Assembly (NCBI GenBank): GCA_963841965.1
Contig: CAWJES010000015.1
Coordinates: 5,186 to 69,185 of the forward strand
Reading direction: 5' to 3'
Source: an uncultured Acidimicrobiaceae bacterium
GTDB lineage: Bacteria > Actinomycetota > Acidimicrobiia > Acidimicrobiales > RAAP-2
Length of the DNA stretch: 64,000 nucleotides
Below the pieces are notes generated by a model, which worked only from the letters and a program-made list of their open reading frames with translations, made no database searches and was not told the origin of the DNA. The position numbers and the translations under genes were made by a program. This document shows positions 27,520 through 35,720 of the stretch, piece after piece (position 1 is the first letter of the stretch; the number at the start of each line of letters is the position of its first letter).

Positions 27520-28355
27520 TCCGCGTCGCCCTCGCGACAGCCGAGGGCTTCGATGACCCCGACCAGCCGATCCTGATCGACGCGCTTGCCCAGCTCGGAA
27601 TCACCGCCGAGGCTGCCCGCTGGCGCGATCCCGAGGTCGATTGGGATGCATTCGACGCCACCGTCGTTCGGACGACCTGGGACTACACGTCGGACCTCGC
27701 CGCCTTCCTCGCCTGGACCCGCCTCGTCCCCAGGCTCGTCAACCCGGCGTCGGTCGTCGCGTGGAACTCGGACAAGCGCTACCTCGCGGATCTCGCGGGC
27801 TCCGGTGTCCCGATCGTGCCGACGATGTTCGTCGAGCCCGGCGCCGCGGTCGAGGTCCCCGACGGGGACGTGGTCGTCAAGCCGTCCATCGGCGCGGGCT
27901 CGCGGCTGGCGGCCCGGTTCACGCAGGACCAGCGTGACGACGTGCTCGCCCACGTCGCCCGCATCGGATCCCTCGGGCTCACCGCGATGGTCCAGCCGTT
28001 CATCGCGAGCGTCGCCAGCGAGGGCGAGACGGACGTGATCGTGCTCGACGGCGATGTCAGCCACGCCGTCCGCAAGCGCGTGCAGGTCTCGGGGGGCACG
28101 ATCGCCCACCCGAGCGGCGCGGAGACCTCCGCGTCCGACGTGGTCACCGCGGAGCAGCGGGCCGTCATCGCGATGGCGCTGCGCAACATCCCGGTGACCT
28201 CGCCCCCCTGCTACGCGAGGGTGGACCTCTTCCAGGGGACGGAGGGTCCCCTCGTGAACGAGGTCGAACTCATCGAGCCGTTCCTGTTCCTCTCGACATC
28301 GAGCGGAGCGCCCGAGCGCTTCGCCCGGGCGATCGCGCGCCGGGCGGGCCGCTAG
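27516..28355 (+). CDS. ATP-grasp domain protein (RimK / glutathione-synthetase-like fold)
   Basis: N.DKRYL..L...G.P..PT, VVKPSIGAGS and E.D.I..DG..SHAV.K. The GTG at 27516 overlaps the nuoN stop (GTGA). Confidence 0.6.
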   Translation: MIRVALATAEGFDDPDQPILIDALAQLGITAEAARWRDPEVDWDAFDATVVRTTWDYTSDLAAFLAWTRLVPRLVNPASVVAWNSDKRYLADLAGSGVPIVPTMFVEPGAAVEVPDGDVVVKPSIGAGSRLAARFTQDQRDDVLAHVARIGSLGLTAMVQPFIASVASEGETDVIVLDGDVSHAVRKRVQVSGGTIAHPSGAETSASDVVTAEQRAVIAMALRNIPVTSPPCYARVDLFQGTEGPLVNEVELIEPFLFLSTSSGAPERFARAIARRAGR

Positions 28356-30208
28356 GCCTTGGGCACCGCCGCGACGGGGGCCGACAGCGCCCCGTCGCCC
28401 CCCGCGGTCACCGCGGCGATCCGGAACGTGTACCTGCGGCCTGCGACGAGGTCGGGGATGGTGACGTGGAGGATCACGGGGAGGGTCACCTGCTCGGAGC
28501 CGCCCGCCCACGTGACCGACATCACGTAGCCGGTGACGGGACTGCCGCCGTTGCTCGAGGGTGGAGACCACCTCGCGGAGACGTCGAGCGGGCCCGGGGT
28601 CACGACGAGGGACCGCGGGGCCGTCGCAGGCATGTTCGTCACGAGCGTCACGGATGCGGGGGAGGAGGCCTGGCCGTCCGAGGAGACCGCCTCGACCGTG
28701 TAGGTGTACCGCTGGTGGTACTGGAGTCCCGTGCCGTCCACGAAGCTCGTTGATGACGAGGTGCCGATCTCGACGGGCGCGGCGCCGTTGAGGCCGCGCG
28801 CGATGCTGTAGTACGAGATCCCAGAGCCCGTCACCGAGGGAGCGGTCCACGAGACCGTCGCTGTCGTTGCGTGCTCGATCACCCGCGCCTCGCCGGGAGC
28901 TCCTGGCGGCAGGAAGACCAGGGCCGTGATCGGGAGCTGCGCGGCAGGGGAGGCCCCGTCGGACCCGGACGCCGTGCAGTCGTGTGACGCCGTGCACGAC
29001 ACCCCGTTGGCGTCGAGCGATTGATCCGCGGCGGCGTCGGCAGGCGCGGTGAGCTCGACGCTCGCGCGCCACGCACCTCCGACGAGCTCATCGACGACCG
29101 CCCCGGTCAGTCCAGCGGCCTCGTCGAACCCGCCGACCGCCGCGCACGTCCCGGCTCCTGCGCATGACACCGACCTGAGTGCGACCGATCCGCCGGCCGC
29201 GAGGCCCGCCGGGCCGCGGAGGGTGCCTGCTGTCCACGCGGTTGCGTGCTGTTGGACAACGAGCGCCACCCTGTCGCCCGAGGCGTTGGTGTAGTCGCCG
29301 ACGACCTCGCAGGACCGCGGGGCCGTGCAGGAGATCCCCGTGGCGACCTCGTCGGTCTTGGCGGCGTTCGTCCCCGGGCCGAGGGGCAGGGCCGCAGCAG
29401 GACCGGGCGTTCCGGCGGATGTCGCCGCGACGAAGGGGAGCACGCCGGTCGACGTGGAGTACGTGCCGGTGAGCTCGCAAGCGGCTGCAGCGATGCACGA
29501 GAGGCCGGTCACGCTGGCGTGCTGCGCGCTGGTCCTGAGCGCGTCCGTCGGCAGCGTGATCTGGCTGGCGGGCTGCCACGCGCTGCCCGCGAGCTCGTCC
29601 ACGAACGCGAGGGTGCCCGCAGCGCCGTCGTCGACCGATCCGCCGACCAGGCAGGTCGTGGCCGAGAAGCAGTCGACCGCGTCGAGGAGGCTCACCGGGT
29701 GCGCCGGTGCCGAGGTGGGGAGCGGGGGATCGCCGAGGACCTTGATGGCGCCGTTGGTCCACGTCACCGCGAAGGCCGACCGGTGGCCGATCGAGTTCAC
29801 GTAGTCCCCGACAGCCAGGCAGACGCGCGGCTGCGGACAGGACACAGCCGTGAGCTCGGCGGCCGGGTCGTTCGCCTTGTCGGAGGGCAGGGGCACCTCC
29901 GTGCCCGTCGCGGCGACGCCGTCGACCGACGAGGCGATGACGGCCTGGCGGACCGAGCTCGAGTCGATGTACGACCCGACCTCGAGGCACGCATTGCCCG
30001 GATCGCACGACACGGCCAGGTAGGATGCTCCCGGCCCGGTCGCAAGGGCGTTCGCCGGCAGCGCGCCGCGGACGGCGATGGGCGCAACCTGTGAGGCCGT
30101 CGCCGCTGCGGCCGTGGCGACGGCGAATCCGGCGCACGCGACAATGAGGGCGAGCGAGGCTGCGAGCGGCCCGGAGGGCCGCCTTGCAGGACGCCTCGTC
30201 AGGTCCAT
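28352..30208 (-). CDS. secreted (probable lipo)protein with seven CX5C repeats and two C-terminal fibronectin type III domains
   Basis: Signal peptide with lipobox-like LIVAC. Seven repeats of about 56 aa with the motif vSC-x5-C..vG.y. Two FN3-like modules (PGAP..V...T.TVSW..P...G..I..Y ... Y.YTV.AV). AGGAGG SD 4 nt upstream of the ATG. Confidence 0.6.
   Translation of the reverse strand: MDLTRRPARRPSGPLAASLALIVACAGFAVATAAAATASQVAPIAVRGALPANALATGPGASYLAVSCDPGNACLEVGSYIDSSSVRQAVIASSVDGVAATGTEVPLPSDKANDPAAELTAVSCPQPRVCLAVGDYVNSIGHRSAFAVTWTNGAIKVLGDPPLPTSAPAHPVSLLDAVDCFSATTCLVGGSVDDGAAGTLAFVDELAGSAWQPASQITLPTDALRTSAQHASVTGLSCIAAAACELTGTYSTSTGVLPFVAATSAGTPGPAAALPLGPGTNAAKTDEVATGISCTAPRSCEVVGDYTNASGDRVALVVQQHATAWTAGTLRGPAGLAAGGSVALRSVSCAGAGTCAAVGGFDEAAGLTGAVVDELVGGAWRASVELTAPADAAADQSLDANGVSCTASHDCTASGSDGASPAAQLPITALVFLPPGAPGEARVIEHATTATVSWTAPSVTGSGISYYSIARGLNGAAPVEIGTSSSTSFVDGTGLQYHQRYTYTVEAVSSDGQASSPASVTLVTNMPATAPRSLVVTPGPLDVSARWSPPSSNGGSPVTGYVMSVTWAGGSEQVTLPVILHVTIPDLVAGRRYTFRIAAVTAGGDGALSAPVAAVPKA
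28949..30025 (-). repeat. 7 tandem repeats of about 56 codons within the secreted protein, each carrying a CX5C pair
   Basis: Cys pairs at residues 68/74, 124/130, 180/186, 238/244, 294/300, 349/355 and 405/411. The period is 55-58 residues. Confidence 0.7.
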
Positions 30209-30423
30209 GGATCCTCCTGCGCAGTGCGCTCCGACTCGCGGGGCGCTGGTGCGCTCGCGACCGGACTCTACCGCCGGGGGCGGCCGATCCTGCGTCGGCA
30301 GTGGCCCTGGCGGGCCTCCAGCGATCCATCGCGGGGAACGTTCGGTCGCCCCCCGCTCGCGCGAGGCGCAAAGTTTGGTTCCGGCTGTAACGCAGGGCCC
30401 TCCCGAGGGACTACACCGTCACC

Positions 30424-32103
30424 ATGCTGGAGCTTCTGGGCGTCGGATTCCTCGCAGGGCTGGTCACGGCCCTGTCTCCCTGCGTGCTGCCCGTCCTCCC
30501 GGTCATCTTCGCCGGGAGCTCCACCGGCGGGAGGCGTCGGTCCGTCACGATCGTCGTTGGCCTCGTCGCCAGCTTCGGGATCACGACGCTCGTCGGCGGG
30601 ATCGTCCTGTCCGCGCTCGGCCTCCCCGAGGACCTCCTCCGTGACGTGGGGATCGCGCTCCTCCTCCTCCTCGCGATCGGGCTGCTCGTTGATCCGGTGG
30701 GACAGCTCCTCGAGCGGCCGTTCGCGCGCATGGCCCGCTCCCCGGATCCTGCGACGTCGAGCGGCCTGCTGCTCGGCGCCGGCCTCGGGCTGGTCTTCGT
30801 CCCGTGCGCCGGACCGATCCTCGCAGCCATCTCCGTCGTTGCCGCGACCCACCGCGTGGGTCTCGAGGCAGCAGCCCTCACCGCGTCCTACTGCGTCGGC
30901 GTGGCGATCCCGCTGCTCGTCTTCGCGCTGCTCTCCCAGCGGCTGTCCGCGTCGTGGTCGGTGCTCAAGCAGCACGCGCGCACCGTGCGCCGCGCGGCGG
31001 GCGCCCTGATCGGGGTGACAGCCCTCGCGATCGCCTTCAACCTGACGGCGCCGCTGCAGACGGACGTGCCGTCCTACGCGACGTCCATCGAGGCCCATCT
31101 CACGCAGAATGAGACGGTGCAGGGCCAGATCCACTCCATCACGGGCGAGCACGCGAACAGCTACGCGGCCAAGCAGTCAAAGGCCATCGCGGGCTCGCTG
31201 CCGAACCTCGGACCAGCGGCGAACTTCACCGGGATCACCGCCTGGCTGAACACGCCGGGCAACCGCCCCCTCAGCTTGTCGAAGCTCCGGGGTCACGTCG
31301 TGCTGGTCGACTTCTGGACGTACTCGTGCATCAACTGCCGCAGGTCGCTCCCGCACGTCGAGGCCTGGTACAAGTCGTACGCGAGGGACGGGTTCGTGGT
31401 GGTGGGCGTGCACACGCCCGAGTTCGCGTTCGAGCACGTGGTCTCGAACGTGAAGTCGGCTGCGTCGAGCCTCGGCGTCAGGTACCCGGTCGCAATCGAC
31501 GACAATGACGCGACGTGGAACGCCTACAACAACGAGTACTGGCCTGCCGAGTACCTGATCGACCAGAACGGCGACGTCAGGCGGACCGATTTCGGCGAGG
31601 GCCAGTACGGGGCGATGGAGCAGGACATCCGCCTCCTCCTGACCGCCGGTGGCGCGACGAAGCTGCCGCCGCCCACGGACATCCCCGATTTGACCCCGAC
31701 GACGCCGCTGACGCCGGAGAGCTACCTCGGCTACAGCCGGCTCGACGACGCCGTGAACGCGAGCATCGCCGACAACTCGATGACGAACTACACGGTGCCC
31801 GTCGGCTTCGACGGGGACTCGGACTCCCTCGCGTTCTCCGGCCGCTGGAACGTGCACGAGCAGGAGGCGACCGCGGGACGGAGCGCGTCGCTGCACCTCA
31901 ACTTCACCGCCGACGACGTCTACATCGTCCTCGGTGGCCATGGCAGCGTCACCGTCCGCTATCCCGGGCAGCCGACGAGGACGCTCGCGGTGAACGGATA
32001 CCCGACCCTGTACACCCTCGTCGCGTCGAGCTCGCTGCAGAGCGGCGTGCTCAGCATGTCGGCGACGCCGGGAGTCGAGGCCTACGACCTCACGTTCGGC
32101 TGA
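30424..32103 (+). CDS. dipZ: DipZ-type thiol:disulfide interchange protein (CcdA/DsbD membrane domain fused to thioredoxin-like and C-terminal domains)
   Basis: CcdA motifs LSPCVLPVLP and VPCAGPILAA. Redoxin domain FWTYSCINCRR (CxxC), GVHTPEF.FE, YWPA.YLID..G. Confidence 0.75.
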   Translation: MLELLGVGFLAGLVTALSPCVLPVLPVIFAGSSTGGRRRSVTIVVGLVASFGITTLVGGIVLSALGLPEDLLRDVGIALLLLLAIGLLVDPVGQLLERPFARMARSPDPATSSGLLLGAGLGLVFVPCAGPILAAISVVAATHRVGLEAAALTASYCVGVAIPLLVFALLSQRLSASWSVLKQHARTVRRAAGALIGVTALAIAFNLTAPLQTDVPSYATSIEAHLTQNETVQGQIHSITGEHANSYAAKQSKAIAGSLPNLGPAANFTGITAWLNTPGNRPLSLSKLRGHVVLVDFWTYSCINCRRSLPHVEAWYKSYARDGFVVVGVHTPEFAFEHVVSNVKSAASSLGVRYPVAIDDNDATWNAYNNEYWPAEYLIDQNGDVRRTDFGEGQYGAMEQDIRLLLTAGGATKLPPPTDIPDLTPTTPLTPESYLGYSRLDDAVNASIADNSMTNYTVPVGFDGDSDSLAFSGRWNVHEQEATAGRSASLHLNFTADDVYIVLGGHGSVTVRYPGQPTRTLAVNGYPTLYTLVASSSLQSGVLSMSATPGVEAYDLTFG

Positions 32104-32111
32104 GCGGGACG

Positions 32112-35100
32112 TCAGCGCCGCGTGGCGTCGATGCCCATCAGCTCCTCGGGCACGACCGTGCCCGGCCGGTTCGATGGGTCCTGCGACAAGAACCGGCCGA
32201 TGACCGGGAGCTCGGTGATCGACTCTGCGCGCAGCGTAGACATGACGACCGGCAGGAACGACTCGGCGGCCGGGAACACCAGGTAGCGGGGGAGCCACTC
32301 GGGGTAGTACTTGGCGTTGAACCGCCAGAGCGTCTCGATCGGCAGGATCCCCGAGAGGCGCTTGAGCGCCCATCGCTCCGCCCTGGTCGTCATCCCCTCG
32401 CCGCGCTCCCCGTCGAGGATCGAACGGAAGGCTGCGAAGTTGAGCGACAGCCCCGTTGCGCCCTGCGCCTGCAGGTGCTCGATCGTGGTGCACAGGGCGT
32501 AGTCGATGAGCCCGTTGGGGTGCTCCGCGGGGTCCCGGCGCATCAGGTCCAGGGAGTACCCGCGGATCGCGGGCGACGACACGAACTGGCACATCGCCGC
32601 AGGCCTGCCGTCCGGTCCGGTGATCACGGTCAGGAGGAGGCCCGTGTCCTTCGGGTTGAAGAGGCGGCCGAGGCACATGGAGAACCCGCGCTCGCCCTCG
32701 CCGCGCCGGTTGAGCTCCATGAGCCCGACGAGCCCGGGCACGCGCGCAGGATCGATCCGCGAGGGATCGAGGAACTCCGCGGTGTAGCCATGGCGCTCGA
32801 GGCGCGTGCACGCCTGGCGAAGGCCCTTCATCTTCCCGCCCGCGAGGGAGAACCGCTGGACGTCGACCACGGCCTCGTCTCCGAGGTAGAGGTAGCGCAT
32901 GCCGGCCTGGGAGTAGAGGGGGAGCCAGGCCTCGCCCGCTCCCACGACGCCGATCGTCCATCCCTTGGCCTCCGCGAACCCGCGGAACTCGCCCCACGCC
33001 TCCTCGCGCTCGTCGTCGGGGCCGATGGGGTCGGGCGAGACCAGGCAGACGCCTCCGTAGACGGCGTAGGCGACGAGCGTGTCGCGATGGAAGAAGAACT
33101 GCTTGTCATCGCGCAGCGCGAAGTAGTCGAGCGTTCCGCGGCCGTGCCGGCGGACGAGGTCCCGGGCGCGCAGCTCCGCCGCGCGGCGCTCGGCCGACGT
33201 GCTGCGCTCAGAGAGTCGCCGGTCCACGACGGGGCGCGTCGCGAGGTAGAGCGCGCTCGCGGCGACCGCGATGCCGACGGTGAGCATCGCGGGGAAGACG
33301 AAGTCGTCGACCGCGTCGGGGAGCGAGATCGTCGTGATCCCCGCGAGTCGCTCGACGACGGCAAGGACGACCAGCCCGAAGCCCGGCAGCTCGCCGCGCC
33401 GCAGGTTCGTCAGCTCCACCCCGATGACCGCGCCCACGACGGCCGCGCCGCAGATGAGGGCCAGCCAGGGGAGGGCGGTGGCAAGACTGCCGCGGTCGGA
33501 CTGCCCGCGGAAGTCCGCACGGCGGACCAGCAGGAATATGAGCACCGCGGTGGAGACGAGGACGCCGAGCAGGGCGCCGTTGCGTCCGACGTGGCCGATG
33601 ATCGACGCCGAGAGCACCAGGACCGAGGCGATCCACGCCCGCCGCTGACCACGACGGACGCCGCGCGCGAGCATGATCAGCGCGACCCCCGTCAGGGCGA
33701 CGAGGGCTGCCGCAGTCTGGGACACGCCGATCGGGATCGCGCCGAGGAGGGCGTGGAGGTGGCCGCGCAGCGGCGGGACCATCGCGACGACCACGTTCGC
33801 GAGGCCCGCGAGGACGAGAGCCCCTGCAGCGACGCGTCGGACGAGCCGCTGGCTGCGCTGCCGGTCGATGGCGTCGGGATCGGACGGCCACCGTTGGCCG
33901 TGGGGCCACGAGGCAACGAGCGACATCCGCAGGGCCCGTGCCCTTGACGTCCGCTCGCTCGATACCCGCTCCCTCGACGCGAGCCGTTCGAGCGCGGTCG
34001 AACCGGGCAGGGGCTCATCGCCGAGAAGCAGCCGTGCATGCAGCTCGGTACCCGCCTCGAGCTCGAGGAAACCGGCCCGCATGCGCGCAAGGAAGACCGG
34101 TGGGAGGCCCAGATGCCCGGGAAGCTCGCAGACGACCTCGCCCGTCGCACCGGCCATCGCGAGGAAGCCGTCCAGCAGGGGTCCGATCGCCGCGCGCATG
34201 GATCCGCCGACGACATAGCCGCTCGCCCCGTGCTCCAACAGCTGGCGGGCGCGGTCGAGCACGGGCGCCTCGTCGGTCGAGAGCCCCGAGAAGGGGTCCT
34301 CGCGGCGTGGCCGGTCGCGGAGCTCTCGGGGGTAGCGCCTCGACGAGACGACGGCGGCCGTTGTCGCGACGACGATCTCCGCGGCGGTGATGACCACCAG
34401 GGTGATCAGGAGCCTGGTCGGCCAGGACATGCCGACGACGCGCTCAACGACGTGGTGCGCTCGCTCGGACCGGATGGTGAGGCGGCCGAGTCCGGACGCG
34501 ACGATCCCGATCCGCGTCGCGATGAAGGCGAGCACGGCGACGAGCGGAGCGAGCCACAGGAGATGGCGGAAGCCGCGGTAGCGGATCCTCGAAGCGACGA
34601 ACCGTGGTGCCGCAGCAGGATCCTCGAGCCGGTCCTCGCCGCGGAGCCACTCGGACGAACCCCGCCGCTCGGTCACCACGTCGGGTCGGGCGGACTCCAC
34701 GACGACCTGACGGACGCCTGTCGCCGTCACGAGGTCGATCACGAGCGACGGGACGACCTCGAGGCCGAGCATCGCGAGGCGCTGCCGGCCGGGGACCTCG
34801 GCAAGTTCCGAGTCACGCCATCCGGGCAGGACGTAGCCCCCCCGGTCGGGCTGCGCGCAGAACTCGCTGATCGCGTCGCGGAAGCCGGGGTGGGCGTTGA
34901 GGGACATTTCGACCATCCGCGCGACGTCCGTCGTCGCGGACGGATCGACCAGGTTCCCCGCGATCACCAGCACGCCGGGTCCCTGCCAGGAGGCGAGCTC
35001 GACGACCAGCGCTGCGCAGGTGGCGGCTGACGCCTGGGTCGCAACGGTCGGGAGCAGGAGGTCGCTCACCACGAGGACCCGGGATCCTCGTGGGACCTGG

Positions 35101-35138
35101 ACCGAGACGGCGGAAGGCGTGCACCCTTCGAGATCCAC
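32112..35138 (-). CDS. aminoacyl-phosphatidylglycerol synthase (MprF/LysX-type DUF2156 domain) fused to an N-terminal degenerate metallophosphoesterase-like membrane domain
   Basis: The C-terminal ~330 aa match the LPG-synthase domain (DYFALRDDK.FF, GG.MKGLRQ, RGFSM.LGR, RF.AKY.P.W.PRYL). About 6 TM helices lie upstream of it. The N-terminus resembles the calcineurin fold but reads SDLLL / GNLVD where the metal-ligand motifs should be. GTG 35138 is the first canonical start that does not overlap the divergent HAD gene, and a GAGACT hexamer lies 6 nt upstream. Confidence 0.7.
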   Translation of the reverse strand: MDLEGCTPSAVSVQVPRGSRVLVVSDLLLPTVATQASAATCAALVVELASWQGPGVLVIAGNLVDPSATTDVARMVEMSLNAHPGFRDAISEFCAQPDRGGYVLPGWRDSELAEVPGRQRLAMLGLEVVPSLVIDLVTATGVRQVVVESARPDVVTERRGSSEWLRGEDRLEDPAAAPRFVASRIRYRGFRHLLWLAPLVAVLAFIATRIGIVASGLGRLTIRSERAHHVVERVVGMSWPTRLLITLVVITAAEIVVATTAAVVSSRRYPRELRDRPRREDPFSGLSTDEAPVLDRARQLLEHGASGYVVGGSMRAAIGPLLDGFLAMAGATGEVVCELPGHLGLPPVFLARMRAGFLELEAGTELHARLLLGDEPLPGSTALERLASRERVSSERTSRARALRMSLVASWPHGQRWPSDPDAIDRQRSQRLVRRVAAGALVLAGLANVVVAMVPPLRGHLHALLGAIPIGVSQTAAALVALTGVALIMLARGVRRGQRRAWIASVLVLSASIIGHVGRNGALLGVLVSTAVLIFLLVRRADFRGQSDRGSLATALPWLALICGAAVVGAVIGVELTNLRRGELPGFGLVVLAVVERLAGITTISLPDAVDDFVFPAMLTVGIAVAASALYLATRPVVDRRLSERSTSAERRAAELRARDLVRRHGRGTLDYFALRDDKQFFFHRDTLVAYAVYGGVCLVSPDPIGPDDEREEAWGEFRGFAEAKGWTIGVVGAGEAWLPLYSQAGMRYLYLGDEAVVDVQRFSLAGGKMKGLRQACTRLERHGYTAEFLDPSRIDPARVPGLVGLMELNRRGEGERGFSMCLGRLFNPKDTGLLLTVITGPDGRPAAMCQFVSSPAIRGYSLDLMRRDPAEHPNGLIDYALCTTIEHLQAQGATGLSLNFAAFRSILDGERGEGMTTRAERWALKRLSGILPIETLWRFNAKYYPEWLPRYLVFPAAESFLPVVMSTLRAESITELPVIGRFLSQDPSNRPGTVVPEELMGIDATRR

Positions 35139-35144
35139 GGATCC

Positions 35145-35150
35145 AGTCTC
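35145..35150 (-). promoter_or_regulatory. -10-like hexamer GAGACT (minus strand), 6 nt upstream of GTG 35138
   Basis: nAnnnT at -12..-7. The same hexamer and spacing occur at the GH1-like gene (54211). Confidence 0.3.
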
Positions 35151-35225
35151 GCACGCCTGCAGGCGTTCGACGCGTGCCCGTAGCGGGCCTTGCCGACCTC
35201 GATCCCTCGCTAATCTGCGCTCGAG

Positions 35226-35720
35226 ATGCCGATCGACCCCCGCCGCGGCCACTGGTGGTGGCGCGAGGATCCCCTGGAGGCAGGATCGGCGGTGATCTTC
35301 GACCTCGATGGAGTCCTGGCTGACGCCCAGGGGCGCCAGCACCATCTCGAATGGGGTCGCCGAGACTGGGACGCGTTCTTCGAGGCGTGCGGGGATGATC
35401 CCGTGATCGAGGAGGTCGAGGCGCTCCTCGCGCTCCTCGATCCGGGCCTCGGGGTCCTCCTCGTGACGGCCCGCCCGCAACGGGTGCGGGACCTCACCCT
35501 CTCATGGCTGGACCACCACAGCCTTCGGTGGGACCTCCTCATCATGCGGCCGACGCGCGACTTCGCGCCCGCGGACCAGTTCAAGCGCGATGTCGTCGAG
35601 GAGCTCCGCGAGGAGGACTTCGTGCTGCGACTCGCGGTGGAGGACGACCCGCGGAACCGCGACATGTACGTCGCCGCCGGCGTGCCGTGCCTCTACGTGC
35701 ACTCCGGCTACTACGACTGA
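35226..35720 (+). CDS. HAD-superfamily phosphatase (polynucleotide 3'-phosphatase-like subfamily)
   Basis: DxD motif IFDLDGVLAD, LLVTARP and EDDPRN. 164 aa. A TAATCT hexamer lies 9 nt upstream. Confidence 0.55.
   Translation: MPIDPRRGHWWWREDPLEAGSAVIFDLDGVLADAQGRQHHLEWGRRDWDAFFEACGDDPVIEEVEALLALLDPGLGVLLVTARPQRVRDLTLSWLDHHSLRWDLLIMRPTRDFAPADQFKRDVVEELREEDFVLRLAVEDDPRNRDMYVAAGVPCLYVHSGYYD

Noticed and set aside
30412-30417. TACACC, 6 nt upstream of the dipZ ATG, considered as another leaderless -10 box
   Set aside because: It lacks the conserved final T (-7), so it was not counted among the promoter candidates, although its position is suggestive.
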